Below, in pieces: positions 37,879 through 47,022 of a stretch of 64,000 nt of DNA. The number at the start of each line of letters is the position of its first letter. Positions within the stretch are counted from its first letter, which is position 1. A program made the translations under genes and the position numbers. Under the pieces are notes generated by a model that had not been told where the DNA came from, did no database searches, and was given only the letters and a program-made list of their open reading frames with translations. The stretch is from Nitrosopumilaceae archaeon (lineage in GTDB: Archaea > Thermoproteota > Nitrososphaeria > Nitrososphaerales > Nitrosopumilaceae): contig CBDBCR010000001.1 in NCBI GenBank assembly GCA_965203465.1, positions 32,001 to 96,000 on the forward strand, written 5' to 3'.

Positions 37879-38575
37879 CGCCGAGCCTTCGCAGCGCCAC
37901 CTCGAACTTTTCGGGGTCCGCGTTGGCGTATATCCGCATGGACGCGCGGCGGGACGGCGCCGCTCTTGCGGCCACGCGGCGCGCCACGCAGTCGGCCGGA
38001 TCCACGAACCGGACGCGCGGCATCTGCCTTTCCATGCCGCCCCGCAGCAGGGCGAGGTGCGTGCTGGACAGCGTGGCCGCGTCCACCCCGAGATCTTTCA
38101 GCCTGGCCGCCAGTTCCCTGATCTGCGCGCGCCCCCCGCGGCCCGACTGGGCCGCGTCGATCAGCTCGGAGCAGTCCAGTTTGTACACGCGCGCGGCCAC
38201 CCCCTGACCCCGGACGTACCCCGCCAAGGCGCGGCTCCTGGCCGCAGACTTGGTGGTCAGCACGGCGACGCTGCCGGCGCGCGACAGGCGCGCGGCCTCG
38301 CGGATCGGCGGATAGACCCCTATCACGCCGCGCGGCTCGCCCAGAAGCAGGGTGGGCGTATTGGAGGCCATGACCGTCACGTCCGGGCGAAAGAGCCTGC
38401 GGATCTCCGAGAGGGTGCCGCGTATGGTGCGGGCCAGCTGCGCCTTGGAGCGCCCCCCGTACGGGTACCCGGCCAGGTCGGCGTACCATATCAGCTCGCA
38501 CCTCAGGCGGCGCCTGACGGCCCGCGCCACCGAGAGCGAGCCTGTCCCCGAATCGAATACGGCCACCCGCGCCAC
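37841..38575 (-). CDS. Glutamate racemase (MurI)-like protein with Ser at both catalytic Cys positions
   Basis: VFDSGTGSLSV, YADLAGYPYG, ASNTP, LSSTHL, FVDPA. Confidence 0.85.
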   Translation of the reverse strand: MARVAVFDSGTGSLSVARAVRRRLRCELIWYADLAGYPYGGRSKAQLARTIRGTLSEIRRLFRPDVTVMASNTPTLLLGEPRGVIGVYPPIREAARLSRAGSVAVLTTKSAARSRALAGYVRGQGVAARVYKLDCSELIDAAQSGRGGRAQIRELAARLKDLGVDAATLSSTHLALLRGGMERQMPRVRFVDPADCVARRVAARAAPSRRASMRIYANADPEKFEVALRRLGVRRRVRRAGTRG

Positions 38576-38666
38576 GCCCCGGGCACGGGCGGGGTCAGAT
38601 AAAGCTGACCCCGTGTCATAGATAGTAGACGCAGGCCATTAAAACCGGATCCCATGATAAGGGGGC

Positions 38667-39314
38667 ATGCCGAACTTTGACAAGACGTGGTCTCAAAAGC
38701 AGTCCTCCAGCATGACCGACCGCCTGCGCGGGGCGGTAAAGCCCCAGGGCGCCCTAAAGCCGCGCATCGAGGAGGCCGTCCACAGGTTGGATGTGCAGAC
38801 CTCCAAGATGGACGCCATGCTGGGCAAGCTGCGCGAGCGCGACGCGTCCCTCTTCCAGAGGGTCGTGGACGCCATGCAGAGGCACGACGCGTCGGAGAGC
38901 AGGGTGCTCTCCAACGAGCTGGCCGAGATCCGCAAAGTCTCAAAGATGCTGGGCGGCGCAAAGATGTCGCTGGAGCAGGTGAAGCTGCGCCTCACCACGA
39001 TCCACGACCTGGGCGACGCCATGGTGGCGATAGGCCCCGCGATGGGCACCATGAAGGGTCTGAAATCGTCGCTGGGCAAGTTCATGCCCGAGGCCGACTC
39101 GGAGCTGAGCGCGATGACGCAGACCCTCAACGGCCTGATGATGGACTCGCTCGCGGGCGACTCGTTCACCGTCGAGGCCGAGGCCTCCAACGCGGACACC
39201 GAGCGGATCCTCGCAGAGGCCGCCGCCGTCGCCGAGCAGCAGGTCGGGGCAAAGTTCCCGTCCGTGCCCGGTCCTGCCGGGATGCAGTCGGAGAACACGT
39301 CCACCTACGAGTAG
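38667..39314 (+). CDS. cdvB: ESCRT-III / CdvB family (Snf7) cell division protein paralogue
   Basis: Helical Snf7 core: ELAEIRK...SLEQVKLRLTTIHDLGD...MPEAD...ILAEAAAVAE...KFP. Confidence 0.88.
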   Translation: MPNFDKTWSQKQSSSMTDRLRGAVKPQGALKPRIEEAVHRLDVQTSKMDAMLGKLRERDASLFQRVVDAMQRHDASESRVLSNELAEIRKVSKMLGGAKMSLEQVKLRLTTIHDLGDAMVAIGPAMGTMKGLKSSLGKFMPEADSELSAMTQTLNGLMMDSLAGDSFTVEAEASNADTERILAEAAAVAEQQVGAKFPSVPGPAGMQSENTSTYE

Positions 39315-39315
39315 G

Positions 39316-39720
39316 CTACTTTTTCATTTTTTTGAGCTCGCCTGGCGCGCCGGCCCGCGCGCCGTCGAGCCAGACGCGCTCGCCGTCGCGCAGCGAATCG
39401 AACTCTGAGTCTTCGGCTATGAGCAGCGGTATGCCCGAGACCGCGCAGCCGGCTACGACCGTCGCGTCGGCTTTTCTGCACACCATGGCCGCCGGCGCCA
39501 CGCCGTTGGCGCGCAAAGCGTACACCGTGTAGGCGCCCACGCTGCTGCCGGACCCGTGCGGGAAGGCCAGCACCGCGCCGGCAAAGTGTCTGCCGTGCAG
39601 CGGGTGCGACGGGTCCTTGACGGCGCCGGAGGCCGCGTCTACGGCGCCGAGAAAATTTATGGGCTCGTCGGACTTTAGCACCGCGCCGGAGGCGGCGCCG
39701 GCCACTATCACGCGGCCCAT
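39316..39720 (-). CDS. Aconitase X swivel subunit (DUF126), phosphomevalonate dehydratase small subunit
   Basis: PINFLGAVD..G...FPHGSGSSVGAY, AP.AMV, GCAVSGIP; ATG at 39720. Confidence 0.9.
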   Translation of the reverse strand: MGRVIVAGAASGAVLKSDEPINFLGAVDAASGAVKDPSHPLHGRHFAGAVLAFPHGSGSSVGAYTVYALRANGVAPAAMVCRKADATVVAGCAVSGIPLLIAEDSEFDSLRDGERVWLDGARAGAPGELKKMKK

Positions 39721-40859
39721 TCGGTCTCCTCCTCGAGTATCTTGGAGAGCGGCCTGAGCGAGACGCCCACGCCAGACGACTTTAGGTAGTAGGCGCCCTT
39801 TACGCTGTTGGTGGTGACCGCATCGAAGCGGTCCGCCGAGAGCAGCGGGCTGAGGCACGCGCAGCAGTCCGAGAGCAGGCGCGCGCCGGCCTTTTCTATC
39901 GTGCCGGCCTCTCCGCTGCGTCGGGCCGCCTCGGCCGCGGGCCGCGGGCAGAACACCACGCAGTCTTTGCGGAACTTTCTGCCCTCCAGCATTCTTGCAA
40001 GGTCGGACAGCTCGGAGGGGCCAAGCTGAGGGCTGCCCAGCACCACTACATCGCCCTTTTCGGCGGTGTCCAGCTCGTCGCGCACCGCCGAGAGCTCTGT
40101 TTTGCCGAACGGTACCTTTTCGGCGCACGAGCCGCCCAAGGTAAACTTTGAGCAGGCCCCCGACGTACCCATGCCGCCGCACAGCGCCTTGCACGAGCGC
40201 CTGTCCGGCTCTGCGGTCCCCGATATGGCTATCGAGGTGCCCGTCCTGCCGGCAAAGAACCCGAGCAGCCCCCAGTCCAGCTCGTCCATCCTTCCCAGCT
40301 CCGAGCTGACCTCTATGTCGGGCAGGTTCTGCCCGCGCGCGCGGGTCAGCGGGCTCTTGCCGGTCAGCGCGCTGGCGAGCGCGCTAAAGGCGCTCTCCTT
40401 GTCCGTTTTCAGGCCGTTTACGGAATTTGCGTGTATGGCAGCGTTGCTCTCGGCAAAGGCCACCTGCTCGCCCGGCCCGGGCATGCCGAACACGTCGTAG
40501 GGCACGCAGGTGAACGAAGGTTCCACTCCCATGCGCGCGTACGAATCAGATATGCTCTGCTGCTTTTCGAGGAATTCGGCCGAAAGGCCCGACGGGCTGC
40601 GCATGTCCAGGCCCATCGGGTTGAGCGTGGTGCGCACGCGCACCCGGGCGCCCGGCTTGCGCGATATGGAATCGAGGAACCGCTCGCCGGCGTCCCCTAT
40701 GGTGTTGTAGTTTACGCCCGACAGGTGGGCCCAGGATACCGGCACCAGTTTTTCGGCGCCAGAGGCCTCGCCGACGGCCGAGAGCACCCGGTAGGCGGTC
40801 TGCTGCACCTCGCCGTGCTCGCCGCGCAACGCCGCCTCGCCGTACCTGTCCAGCTCCAC
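39708..40859 (-). CDS. Aconitase X catalytic subunit (DUF521), phosphomevalonate dehydratase large subunit
   Basis: AHLSGVNYNTIGDAG, TLNP, SFTCVPY, AFAESNA, GSPQL, DCCACLSP, TNSVKGAYY; GTG at 40859. Confidence 0.9.
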   Translation of the reverse strand: MELDRYGEAALRGEHGEVQQTAYRVLSAVGEASGAEKLVPVSWAHLSGVNYNTIGDAGERFLDSISRKPGARVRVRTTLNPMGLDMRSPSGLSAEFLEKQQSISDSYARMGVEPSFTCVPYDVFGMPGPGEQVAFAESNAAIHANSVNGLKTDKESAFSALASALTGKSPLTRARGQNLPDIEVSSELGRMDELDWGLLGFFAGRTGTSIAISGTAEPDRRSCKALCGGMGTSGACSKFTLGGSCAEKVPFGKTELSAVRDELDTAEKGDVVVLGSPQLGPSELSDLARMLEGRKFRKDCVVFCPRPAAEAARRSGEAGTIEKAGARLLSDCCACLSPLLSADRFDAVTTNSVKGAYYLKSSGVGVSLRPLSKILEEETEWAA

Positions 40860-40935
40860 GGGGGCGGGGCCGGGGCGTCCCAAAAATAGGCTTGCTCCGC
40901 CGCAGATATAGCGGGGCCCGGCGGGGGGCAGGGCG

Positions 40936-41580
40936 TTGCGCAGGATGCTGGACGGCATGAGAAAGACGATGGAGGAGGTGCGCCCCCCCAGGATGACGGC
41001 CCTGCGCGAGCTCCACGAGGCCGAATGCGGCCCGTTCCAGATACTGGTGGGGACCATACTGTCGGCGCGCACGCGCGACGAAAACACCGCCGAGGTCTCA
41101 AAGAGGCTCTTTGCTAGGTATCCGGATCCGGCCCGGCTGGCCCGCGCCAAAAAAAAGGACGTCGAGCGCGTCATAAAGTCCATCGGGTTCTACCGCGTAA
41201 AGGCGGGCCGCATAATCGAGGTGGCCAAGATAATAGACGGCAGGTACGGCGGCCGGGTTCCCAAAGATCTGGAAAAGCTGGTAGAGCTGCCCGGCGTGGG
41301 CCGCAAGACTGCAAACTGCGTGCTGGTGTACGCGTTCGGCGAGCCGGCCATACCCGTAGATACGCACGTGCACCGGATATCCAACAGGCTCGGCTTGGTG
41401 GAGACCCGCACGCCCGAAGAGACCGAGGCCGCGCTGGCCAAAAAGATCCCCAAAAAGTTCTGGCTGGAGATAAACGACACGTTCGTGATGTACGGGCAGA
41501 ACATATGCAGGCCCGTCTCGCCCATGTGCGGCAGGTGCAGGATACGGCGCTCGTGCAGGTACGCTAGCGGCGCTTCGTGA
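40936..41580 (+). CDS. nth: Endonuclease III
   Basis: ILSARTRD, HhH LPGVGRKTAN, VDTHVHRISNRLG, C-x6-C-x2-C-x5-C cluster. Confidence 0.96.
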   Translation: MRRMLDGMRKTMEEVRPPRMTALRELHEAECGPFQILVGTILSARTRDENTAEVSKRLFARYPDPARLARAKKKDVERVIKSIGFYRVKAGRIIEVAKIIDGRYGGRVPKDLEKLVELPGVGRKTANCVLVYAFGEPAIPVDTHVHRISNRLGLVETRTPEETEAALAKKIPKKFWLEINDTFVMYGQNICRPVSPMCGRCRIRRSCRYASGAS

Positions 41581-42247
41581 GGTACAGCACGCCGACCAGC
41601 GTGCCGATGGAGGCGGCCAGCACGAACGGGTACAGGCTGAATATGTTCTCCGACGGATCGCCGGAGAGGAACTCCGCAGAGTAGGTGCCGGAAGATACGG
41701 ACGGCGGATCCGTAGAACCGGCGAGGCCGTGGACCGAATACGAGTCGATGGCGAACGTGCCGATGTCCAGATTTGTCACGACGATGCGCGAGCCGTTGTT
41801 TACGGTCAGGCCCGCCCTGTCGGTGTACGAGACTATGGTCTTGGAGCTGGGGCTCCAGCCGCGCTCCGCATCGTTGTAGATGGGAACGTAGCCTTCCTCG
41901 GGAAGCTGAACCGTCACCCAGAAGGGGCGGTCCGGCGGGGCCCCCATGCCCGTCTCTATGAATACGTCCTCGCGCAGCGCGTCGTATATGCGGAATACGG
42001 CCATGCCGTCCTGGTGGGCGTAAAGCAGGCCGTTGTCCAGCGTCACCTGCCAGCTGGTAGAGTGCGTCTGATCCAGCTCTACTATCTGCGCGTCGCGGGC
42101 CACCACGTTGAACGAGGACGGCTCTACCTGCACGTTGACTATGTTCAGGGAGGGGTTGATCTGGCTGTCCTGGGCGGCCGCCGGGGCGAGCAGTGCCAAC
42201 GCCAGCACCGCCAAGAGCTTCACGGCCACTTTCCGGGCAGGGCCCAT
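41564..42247 (-). CDS. Conserved exported protein with a C-terminal membrane anchor
   Basis: Signal peptide (LLAVLALALLAPAAA); C-terminal TM followed by TKRR; start uncertain. Confidence 0.7.
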   Translation of the reverse strand: MGPARKVAVKLLAVLALALLAPAAAQDSQINPSLNIVNVQVEPSSFNVVARDAQIVELDQTHSTSWQVTLDNGLLYAHQDGMAVFRIYDALREDVFIETGMGAPPDRPFWVTVQLPEEGYVPIYNDAERGWSPSSKTIVSYTDRAGLTVNNGSRIVVTNLDIGTFAIDSYSVHGLAGSTDPPSVSSGTYSAEFLSGDPSENIFSLYPFVLAASIGTLVGVLYLTKRR

Positions 42248-42461
42248 TTATTTCATGGGTGGGCGCATTCGTACAGGATGCGCCACCCTGCGATCAACAT
42301 GTGGGCTATGGCCTTCAGGGTAACCCCCAGTTCCCAAACACAACCAGTGTGTGCACAAGGTGTCTAGGAAAGAAACAGTCAAATGTGTTGTCATGGGGGA
42401 AATGTTTCATGTATACGGAGCGGAATAATTGTGACTGTCCACGGTGAATCATGGTAGGTAG

Positions 42462-43184
42462 ATGTTGTTGGATCTTGTGGGTTGGTTCTTTGAAACTGGG
42501 ATCTTTTCGTTGGTTTTGTCAATAGTAGCTGGTGTAATATCGGGCCTTGTTGTAACTGTATTGATGAAGACCAGAGCTGACAAGATTTTTGACAAAAATG
42601 CAAAAATCGTGTATGGGGACTTGTTTTCGCACATAGATAGGATAGATGCCTATAAAGAAAACATGTTCAGACTATGGCAACCACGTTTACGTAACAACGG
42701 ATCTGCTAAGATAGTGCTCGAACCCCACATATACCGTGAAATCCGTCAATTGAGAAGCTTGATACTTAAGGAAGTTGAGTATATGTCCCTGTACAGAAAC
42801 TCTCCATATGTTTCGTTGTCAGAGTATCTTTTGTTGCAACAATACGCACTAAGTGCATATTCTCATCTAACCGAGATCTCCAACGTAGAGGATGAGGCGA
42901 GTGTAAATGAAAAATCTCTGGAACACCACATGTTTTATGCAAAAGAAATAATTGAAAATCTCCCAAAACGCGTAGTTCCGAAACATTTTGTCTATAAATG
43001 GGACCAAGAATTCCAAAGAAGAGGCGGGATACAGGCCGTAAGGAGGCCTTTGATGGAGCCGGGAGATTCTTTTGGATCGTATCACAATTTTAACAACGAA
43101 GTGCGGTATTTTGATGCTCAATATGTGTCTATAATCAAAGCGTTAAACGATATAAAAGATGCCGTCTCACGCCAAAACGCATGA
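42462..43184 (+). CDS. Low-GC hypothetical protein with an N-terminal TM helix
   Basis: 240-aa ORF in an AT-rich patch; hydrophobic residues about 14-34. Confidence 0.7.
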   Translation: MLLDLVGWFFETGIFSLVLSIVAGVISGLVVTVLMKTRADKIFDKNAKIVYGDLFSHIDRIDAYKENMFRLWQPRLRNNGSAKIVLEPHIYREIRQLRSLILKEVEYMSLYRNSPYVSLSEYLLLQQYALSAYSHLTEISNVEDEASVNEKSLEHHMFYAKEIIENLPKRVVPKHFVYKWDQEFQRRGGIQAVRRPLMEPGDSFGSYHNFNNEVRYFDAQYVSIIKALNDIKDAVSRQNA

Positions 43185-43361
43185 AGTGTTCACTGTAAGC
43201 GTTGTAAAAGTAGGGATGGTTCCAAACGTTTGAATTCTGTGTGCCCATTACACGGTCGCCATCATTCTTGGGCTGGTACACAAGTTTAAGACATTATTCG
43301 ACTTTGTGGCCAACGCTCTAGGTGAGGATATCTAGAATACAAGACACGGTGAAGGTCCACA

Positions 43362-44021
43362 TCATGCACAGGTTGACTTGGATGGAGGTAAAAACTCCTC
43401 CATGTCCTCTGGATCCCGCAGCGTCATGGCCCCGTACTTGCGCAGCTTTACCACCCACGGCGCGTCGGGCACCGTCTCCATCAGAAACAGCGGCCGCCCG
43501 AGCCGGACCGCCTCCCAGCCCAGGTGCTCGGTTCCGCTCTTTGCGCCCGCCTCCACTATCACCACGGCGTCCGATATGAGGGCCATCGTGCGGTTGCGCA
43601 TCACAAAGTTGCCCGGCCCCGTGGGCGAGCCGGGCGCAAACTGCGACACGGCGAGGTGCTCTTTCATGATCTGCTCTTGGAGCGCGCGGTTCTGCGCCGG
43701 ATACGCCTTTTCCGGCGGGGTGCCCAGCACCGCCACGGTGGAGCCGCCGCGCATCGAGGCGCGGTGCGCCGCCGTATCGATTCCGGCCGCAAGCCCGCTC
43801 ACGACCGTAGCGCCCCGCCCCGCCAGAAAGCCGGCGAGCTTTTCCGCGTTTTCCACGCCCCGCGCGGACGGATTCCGGGTGCCGGCTATGGAGACGCGCG
43901 GGCGTTGGAGCGGTACCTTCAGCGGGCCGCGGGCGTACAGCTGGCGCGGCGCGTGTTTTCGTTCTGCGTCGTTTGGGGGGCGGCCCAGCAGCTCCTCTAA
44001 CGAAATCCTGCGCGCCTCCAA
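43362..44021 (-). CDS. DprA/Smf-like Rossmann-fold protein (short form)
   Basis: LYARG, VSIAGTR, VVSGLAAGIDTAAH, AVLGT, SQF.PG..NFVMRNRTMA, VEAGAKSGT. Confidence 0.9.
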   Translation of the reverse strand: MEARRISLEELLGRPPNDAERKHAPRQLYARGPLKVPLQRPRVSIAGTRNPSARGVENAEKLAGFLAGRGATVVSGLAAGIDTAAHRASMRGGSTVAVLGTPPEKAYPAQNRALQEQIMKEHLAVSQFAPGSPTGPGNFVMRNRTMALISDAVVIVEAGAKSGTEHLGWEAVRLGRPLFLMETVPDAPWVVKLRKYGAMTLRDPEDMEEFLPPSKSTCA

Positions 44022-44027
44022 GCGCCG

Positions 44028-45149
44028 TCACTTTACGAACGGCTCGGGCGAGTTCATAATGACGCGGGCCACCTCGGGGCGCAAAATGTACTCGGAGGGC
44101 GCCTCGCCGGCCTGGAGCAGCTCGCGCAGCTTTGTCCCGCTTATCTGCTCGCGCGAATCCTCGTGCGGGCAGGCGCGCGGGTTGGTGAACGTCAGGCATT
44201 TGCGGCAGTAAAAGAACGCCGGGAAAAAGACCGGCTCTATTTCCAGATCTGGATACTGGTCGAATATGCGGTGCGCGGCGAACGGATCGTAATAGCTGCC
44301 CACGCCGGCGTGGTCCCTGCCTATGATGATGTGGGTGCAGCCGTAGTTTTGCCGCATGATGGCGTGGTGTATCGCCTCCTTGGGGCCGGCGTACCTCATC
44401 TCGGTGTGCAGCGTGGCCATCATGCACCTGTTTGCGGGATAGTAGTGCCGTATCATCTCCTCGTAGGCCTCCACTATGACCGGGTCGGCAAAGTCTCCCG
44501 GCTTTTTGCGCCCGATCAGCGGGTTGACGAACACGCCGTCGCGCGTCGTGATCGCCGCCTTTTGGAGCATCTCGTGGGCCACGTGGGGCGGGTTGCGCGT
44601 CTGGAACGCGCAGACGCTCTTCCATCCGGCCTTTTCGAACGCGGCGCGCGTCTGCTCCGGCCTCAGCCTGTACCCGCGCAGCCCGTCCTGGCCCGGCCTG
44701 CCCACCAGCGTTATCTTTCCGCCGGCCAGCACCGGCTTCATCGATCCGGTGCGCGCCACGCCCGGGTGCGCCGGATCCGAGGTCCCGTACACGCCCTCGG
44801 ACATTTTCTTCTTGTCGAACCCGAACGTCTCCTCCACTTTCATGACGGCGCGGCACGAGCCCGACGGGTTGCGCAACAGCACCTCGCCGGCCTCCTTTGC
44901 GCGCCGCGCCTGCTCCTCGCCCAAGTCCAGCACTATGGGTACCGTCCAGGCTGTCCCGCCGGCCAGGCGCCCGCCAGAGACGACGGCCTCAAAGTCGGCG
45001 GATCCCAGAAACCCCTCGAGCGGGCTGAATATCCCGTCCGCGACGTTCTCGACGTCGTTGGCCAGGTCGTCGGATATCTCGAGCTCTTCCATGCCAGAGG
45101 TATCCTGCTCCGAGACGCGGCCCACCAGGCGGCCCCCGTGCGGCTTCAT
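44028..45149 (-). CDS. sat: Sulfate adenylyltransferase
   Basis: [53 protein letters not shown]; ATG at 45149. Confidence 0.96.
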   Translation of the reverse strand: MKPHGGRLVGRVSEQDTSGMEELEISDDLANDVENVADGIFSPLEGFLGSADFEAVVSGGRLAGGTAWTVPIVLDLGEEQARRAKEAGEVLLRNPSGSCRAVMKVEETFGFDKKKMSEGVYGTSDPAHPGVARTGSMKPVLAGGKITLVGRPGQDGLRGYRLRPEQTRAAFEKAGWKSVCAFQTRNPPHVAHEMLQKAAITTRDGVFVNPLIGRKKPGDFADPVIVEAYEEMIRHYYPANRCMMATLHTEMRYAGPKEAIHHAIMRQNYGCTHIIIGRDHAGVGSYYDPFAAHRIFDQYPDLEIEPVFFPAFFYCRKCLTFTNPRACPHEDSREQISGTKLRELLQAGEAPSEYILRPEVARVIMNSPEPFVK

Positions 45150-45844
45150 TGCCCCTCCAGGTGCAGGCCGCACTCTGTGTGCGCCTGGGCCTCCCACCAC
45201 CAGCGGCCCGACCGCTCGGCCTGCCCCTCCTCTACGGGGCGCGTGCACGGCGCGCACCCGATGCTTTCGTACCCCCTGTCCAGCAGCGCGTTGTAGGGGA
45301 CCTCGTGCTTTCGTATGTACTCCCAGACCATGCCCCGCGTCCAGGACACCAGCGGATTAATCTTTACTATGCCCCCGTGCGGGCGGTCTATCTCGAACAT
45401 GCGGGCGCCGCTGCGCTCGGCGTTGTGCTCGCGGCGCAGACCGGTTATCCAGCCGTCCAGACGCGAGATGAACCTGTCGAAGGGGCGCGTCTTGCGCACC
45501 CGGCAGCACAGCATCCTGTTGTCGACGCTGTCGTAAAAGAGGTTGAGGCCCTTGGAGTTGACCATCTCGGTGACCTCCCCCGAATCGGGAAAGAGCACCT
45601 CCAGGCGCATGTTGTACTTTTTGCGGGCCCTGTCCATGGCCTCGTACGTCTCCTGCGGCAGGCGGCCCGTGTCGAGCGTGAAGAACCGGAACTCTGGGTT
45701 TATCTTTATCATCATGTCAGTGATGACCGCGTCCTCAGCACCGAAACTCGACGCCTTTGCCACCCTGGGGTGCAGGTTGTCCGAGGCCCACTGCAGGGCC
45801 TCCTCGGCAGATTTGACCGTCCCGTTCAGGCGCTCCACGTCCAC
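45146..45844 (-). CDS. cysH: APS/PAPS reductase
   Basis: [48 protein letters not shown]. Confidence 0.94.
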   Translation of the reverse strand: MDVERLNGTVKSAEEALQWASDNLHPRVAKASSFGAEDAVITDMMIKINPEFRFFTLDTGRLPQETYEAMDRARKKYNMRLEVLFPDSGEVTEMVNSKGLNLFYDSVDNRMLCCRVRKTRPFDRFISRLDGWITGLRREHNAERSGARMFEIDRPHGGIVKINPLVSWTRGMVWEYIRKHEVPYNALLDRGYESIGCAPCTRPVEEGQAERSGRWWWEAQAHTECGLHLEGQ

Positions 45845-45920
45845 GGCCGGCGCCGGCGGCGCGTTTTATAATATGGTTGCCCGGCGTGAGTTATAAGCGG
45901 GCGGGCCGGGCGCGCCCCCG

Positions 45921-46997
45921 ATGCAGGAGGACGCGTTCGTGGTCGTGTTCCCGTCCGCGGCCGGCTCGGCCCAGATGCCGGCGCTCGCGCGCAACGTAAA
46001 GGCCTGGCTGCGCCTGCGCGGCCAGCCCTTCGAATCGGTGGGGCGCGACTGCGGCGTGCTGGTAGTAAAGGCGCACGATCCGGTCTTTGCCTCCACCGCC
46101 ATAGGGCAGCTGTTCGGCGTGGCGCGCGTGGCCATCGCCAGGAGGGCGGAGCCGTCCCTCGACAAGATAGTCGAGGCTACCGCGCGCCTCGGCGGCAGCC
46201 TGCTGCTGCGCGGCGACCGGTTCCTAGTCAAGGTGGAGGGCAAGACGACGGGGTTCGTGCCGGCCGACGCCGAGCTTGCCGCCACCTCCGCGATAATAGA
46301 AAAGTCCGGCCACGCGCCCGGCACAGAGTCCTCGCACGACAAGCTGCTCCGGGTCCACGTGACCAAAAAGAGCGCGTACGTCTCGATATTCGAAGACGAG
46401 GGCCTCGGCGGCGTGCCGAACCGGACCGGCGATCCCGCGGCGTGCCCCGTCTACGGGGCGCTCTCGGCCCTTTCGTGCATAGAGGCGGCCAGGCGCGGCC
46501 TGCAGCCGAGGATACTGGTCCCCTACAGGACAAAGGCCGATGTCGCGAGCACGGCCAAGTCGCTGGCAAGGGCCGTGCCTTCCATGATGGGCGAGGCAGA
46601 GCTGCACTTTTGCAAGATTACGGTCCCGGCAGCGGAGCTGGACTATGCGGCCGCGCTGCTGTGCGCGCACGCCGCCGGCAGGCTCGGAGCAGGGAGGGTC
46701 TGCCTGCCCCTCTCGGCGCCGCTCCACGGCCAGCGGCTGGTCGACGACGCGTGCGGCGCCGTCTCGGGCGCCGGCCTGGTGGCGCACCTGCCGATAGAAT
46801 TCAGGGAGGACGAGCTGGAAGCGATGGCCAGCAGGTTCGGCGTAAAAGCGCCGGCCCTGAGGCCGGCCCGGATCCGCAAGAGCCCGTGGCGGGGCGCGCC
46901 GGCGGCCTGGGAGGCGCGCAAGACCGTGGCGGTCGTGCCGGGCCCCAACGTGCTGCACGATATATTGGACGGGCTGGGCGATACAACCAAGGTTTAA
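45921..46997 (+). CDS. THUMP-domain ThiI-like protein (degenerate PP-loop)
   Basis: LFGVARVAIA, FLVKVEG THUMP core, EGLGGVP linker; no SGGxDS motif. Confidence 0.7.
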   Translation: MQEDAFVVVFPSAAGSAQMPALARNVKAWLRLRGQPFESVGRDCGVLVVKAHDPVFASTAIGQLFGVARVAIARRAEPSLDKIVEATARLGGSLLLRGDRFLVKVEGKTTGFVPADAELAATSAIIEKSGHAPGTESSHDKLLRVHVTKKSAYVSIFEDEGLGGVPNRTGDPAACPVYGALSALSCIEAARRGLQPRILVPYRTKADVASTAKSLARAVPSMMGEAELHFCKITVPAAELDYAAALLCAHAAGRLGAGRVCLPLSAPLHGQRLVDDACGAVSGAGLVAHLPIEFREDELEAMASRFGVKAPALRPARIRKSPWRGAPAAWEARKTVAVVPGPNVLHDILDGLGDTTKV

Positions 46998-47022
46998 ACC
47001 GCCAGCGCGGCGGGGCGCGCGC

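Noticed and set aside
41149-41156. A8 run in nth as a slippage site
   Set aside because: It encodes Lys-Lys-Lys in frame and the gene is intact.
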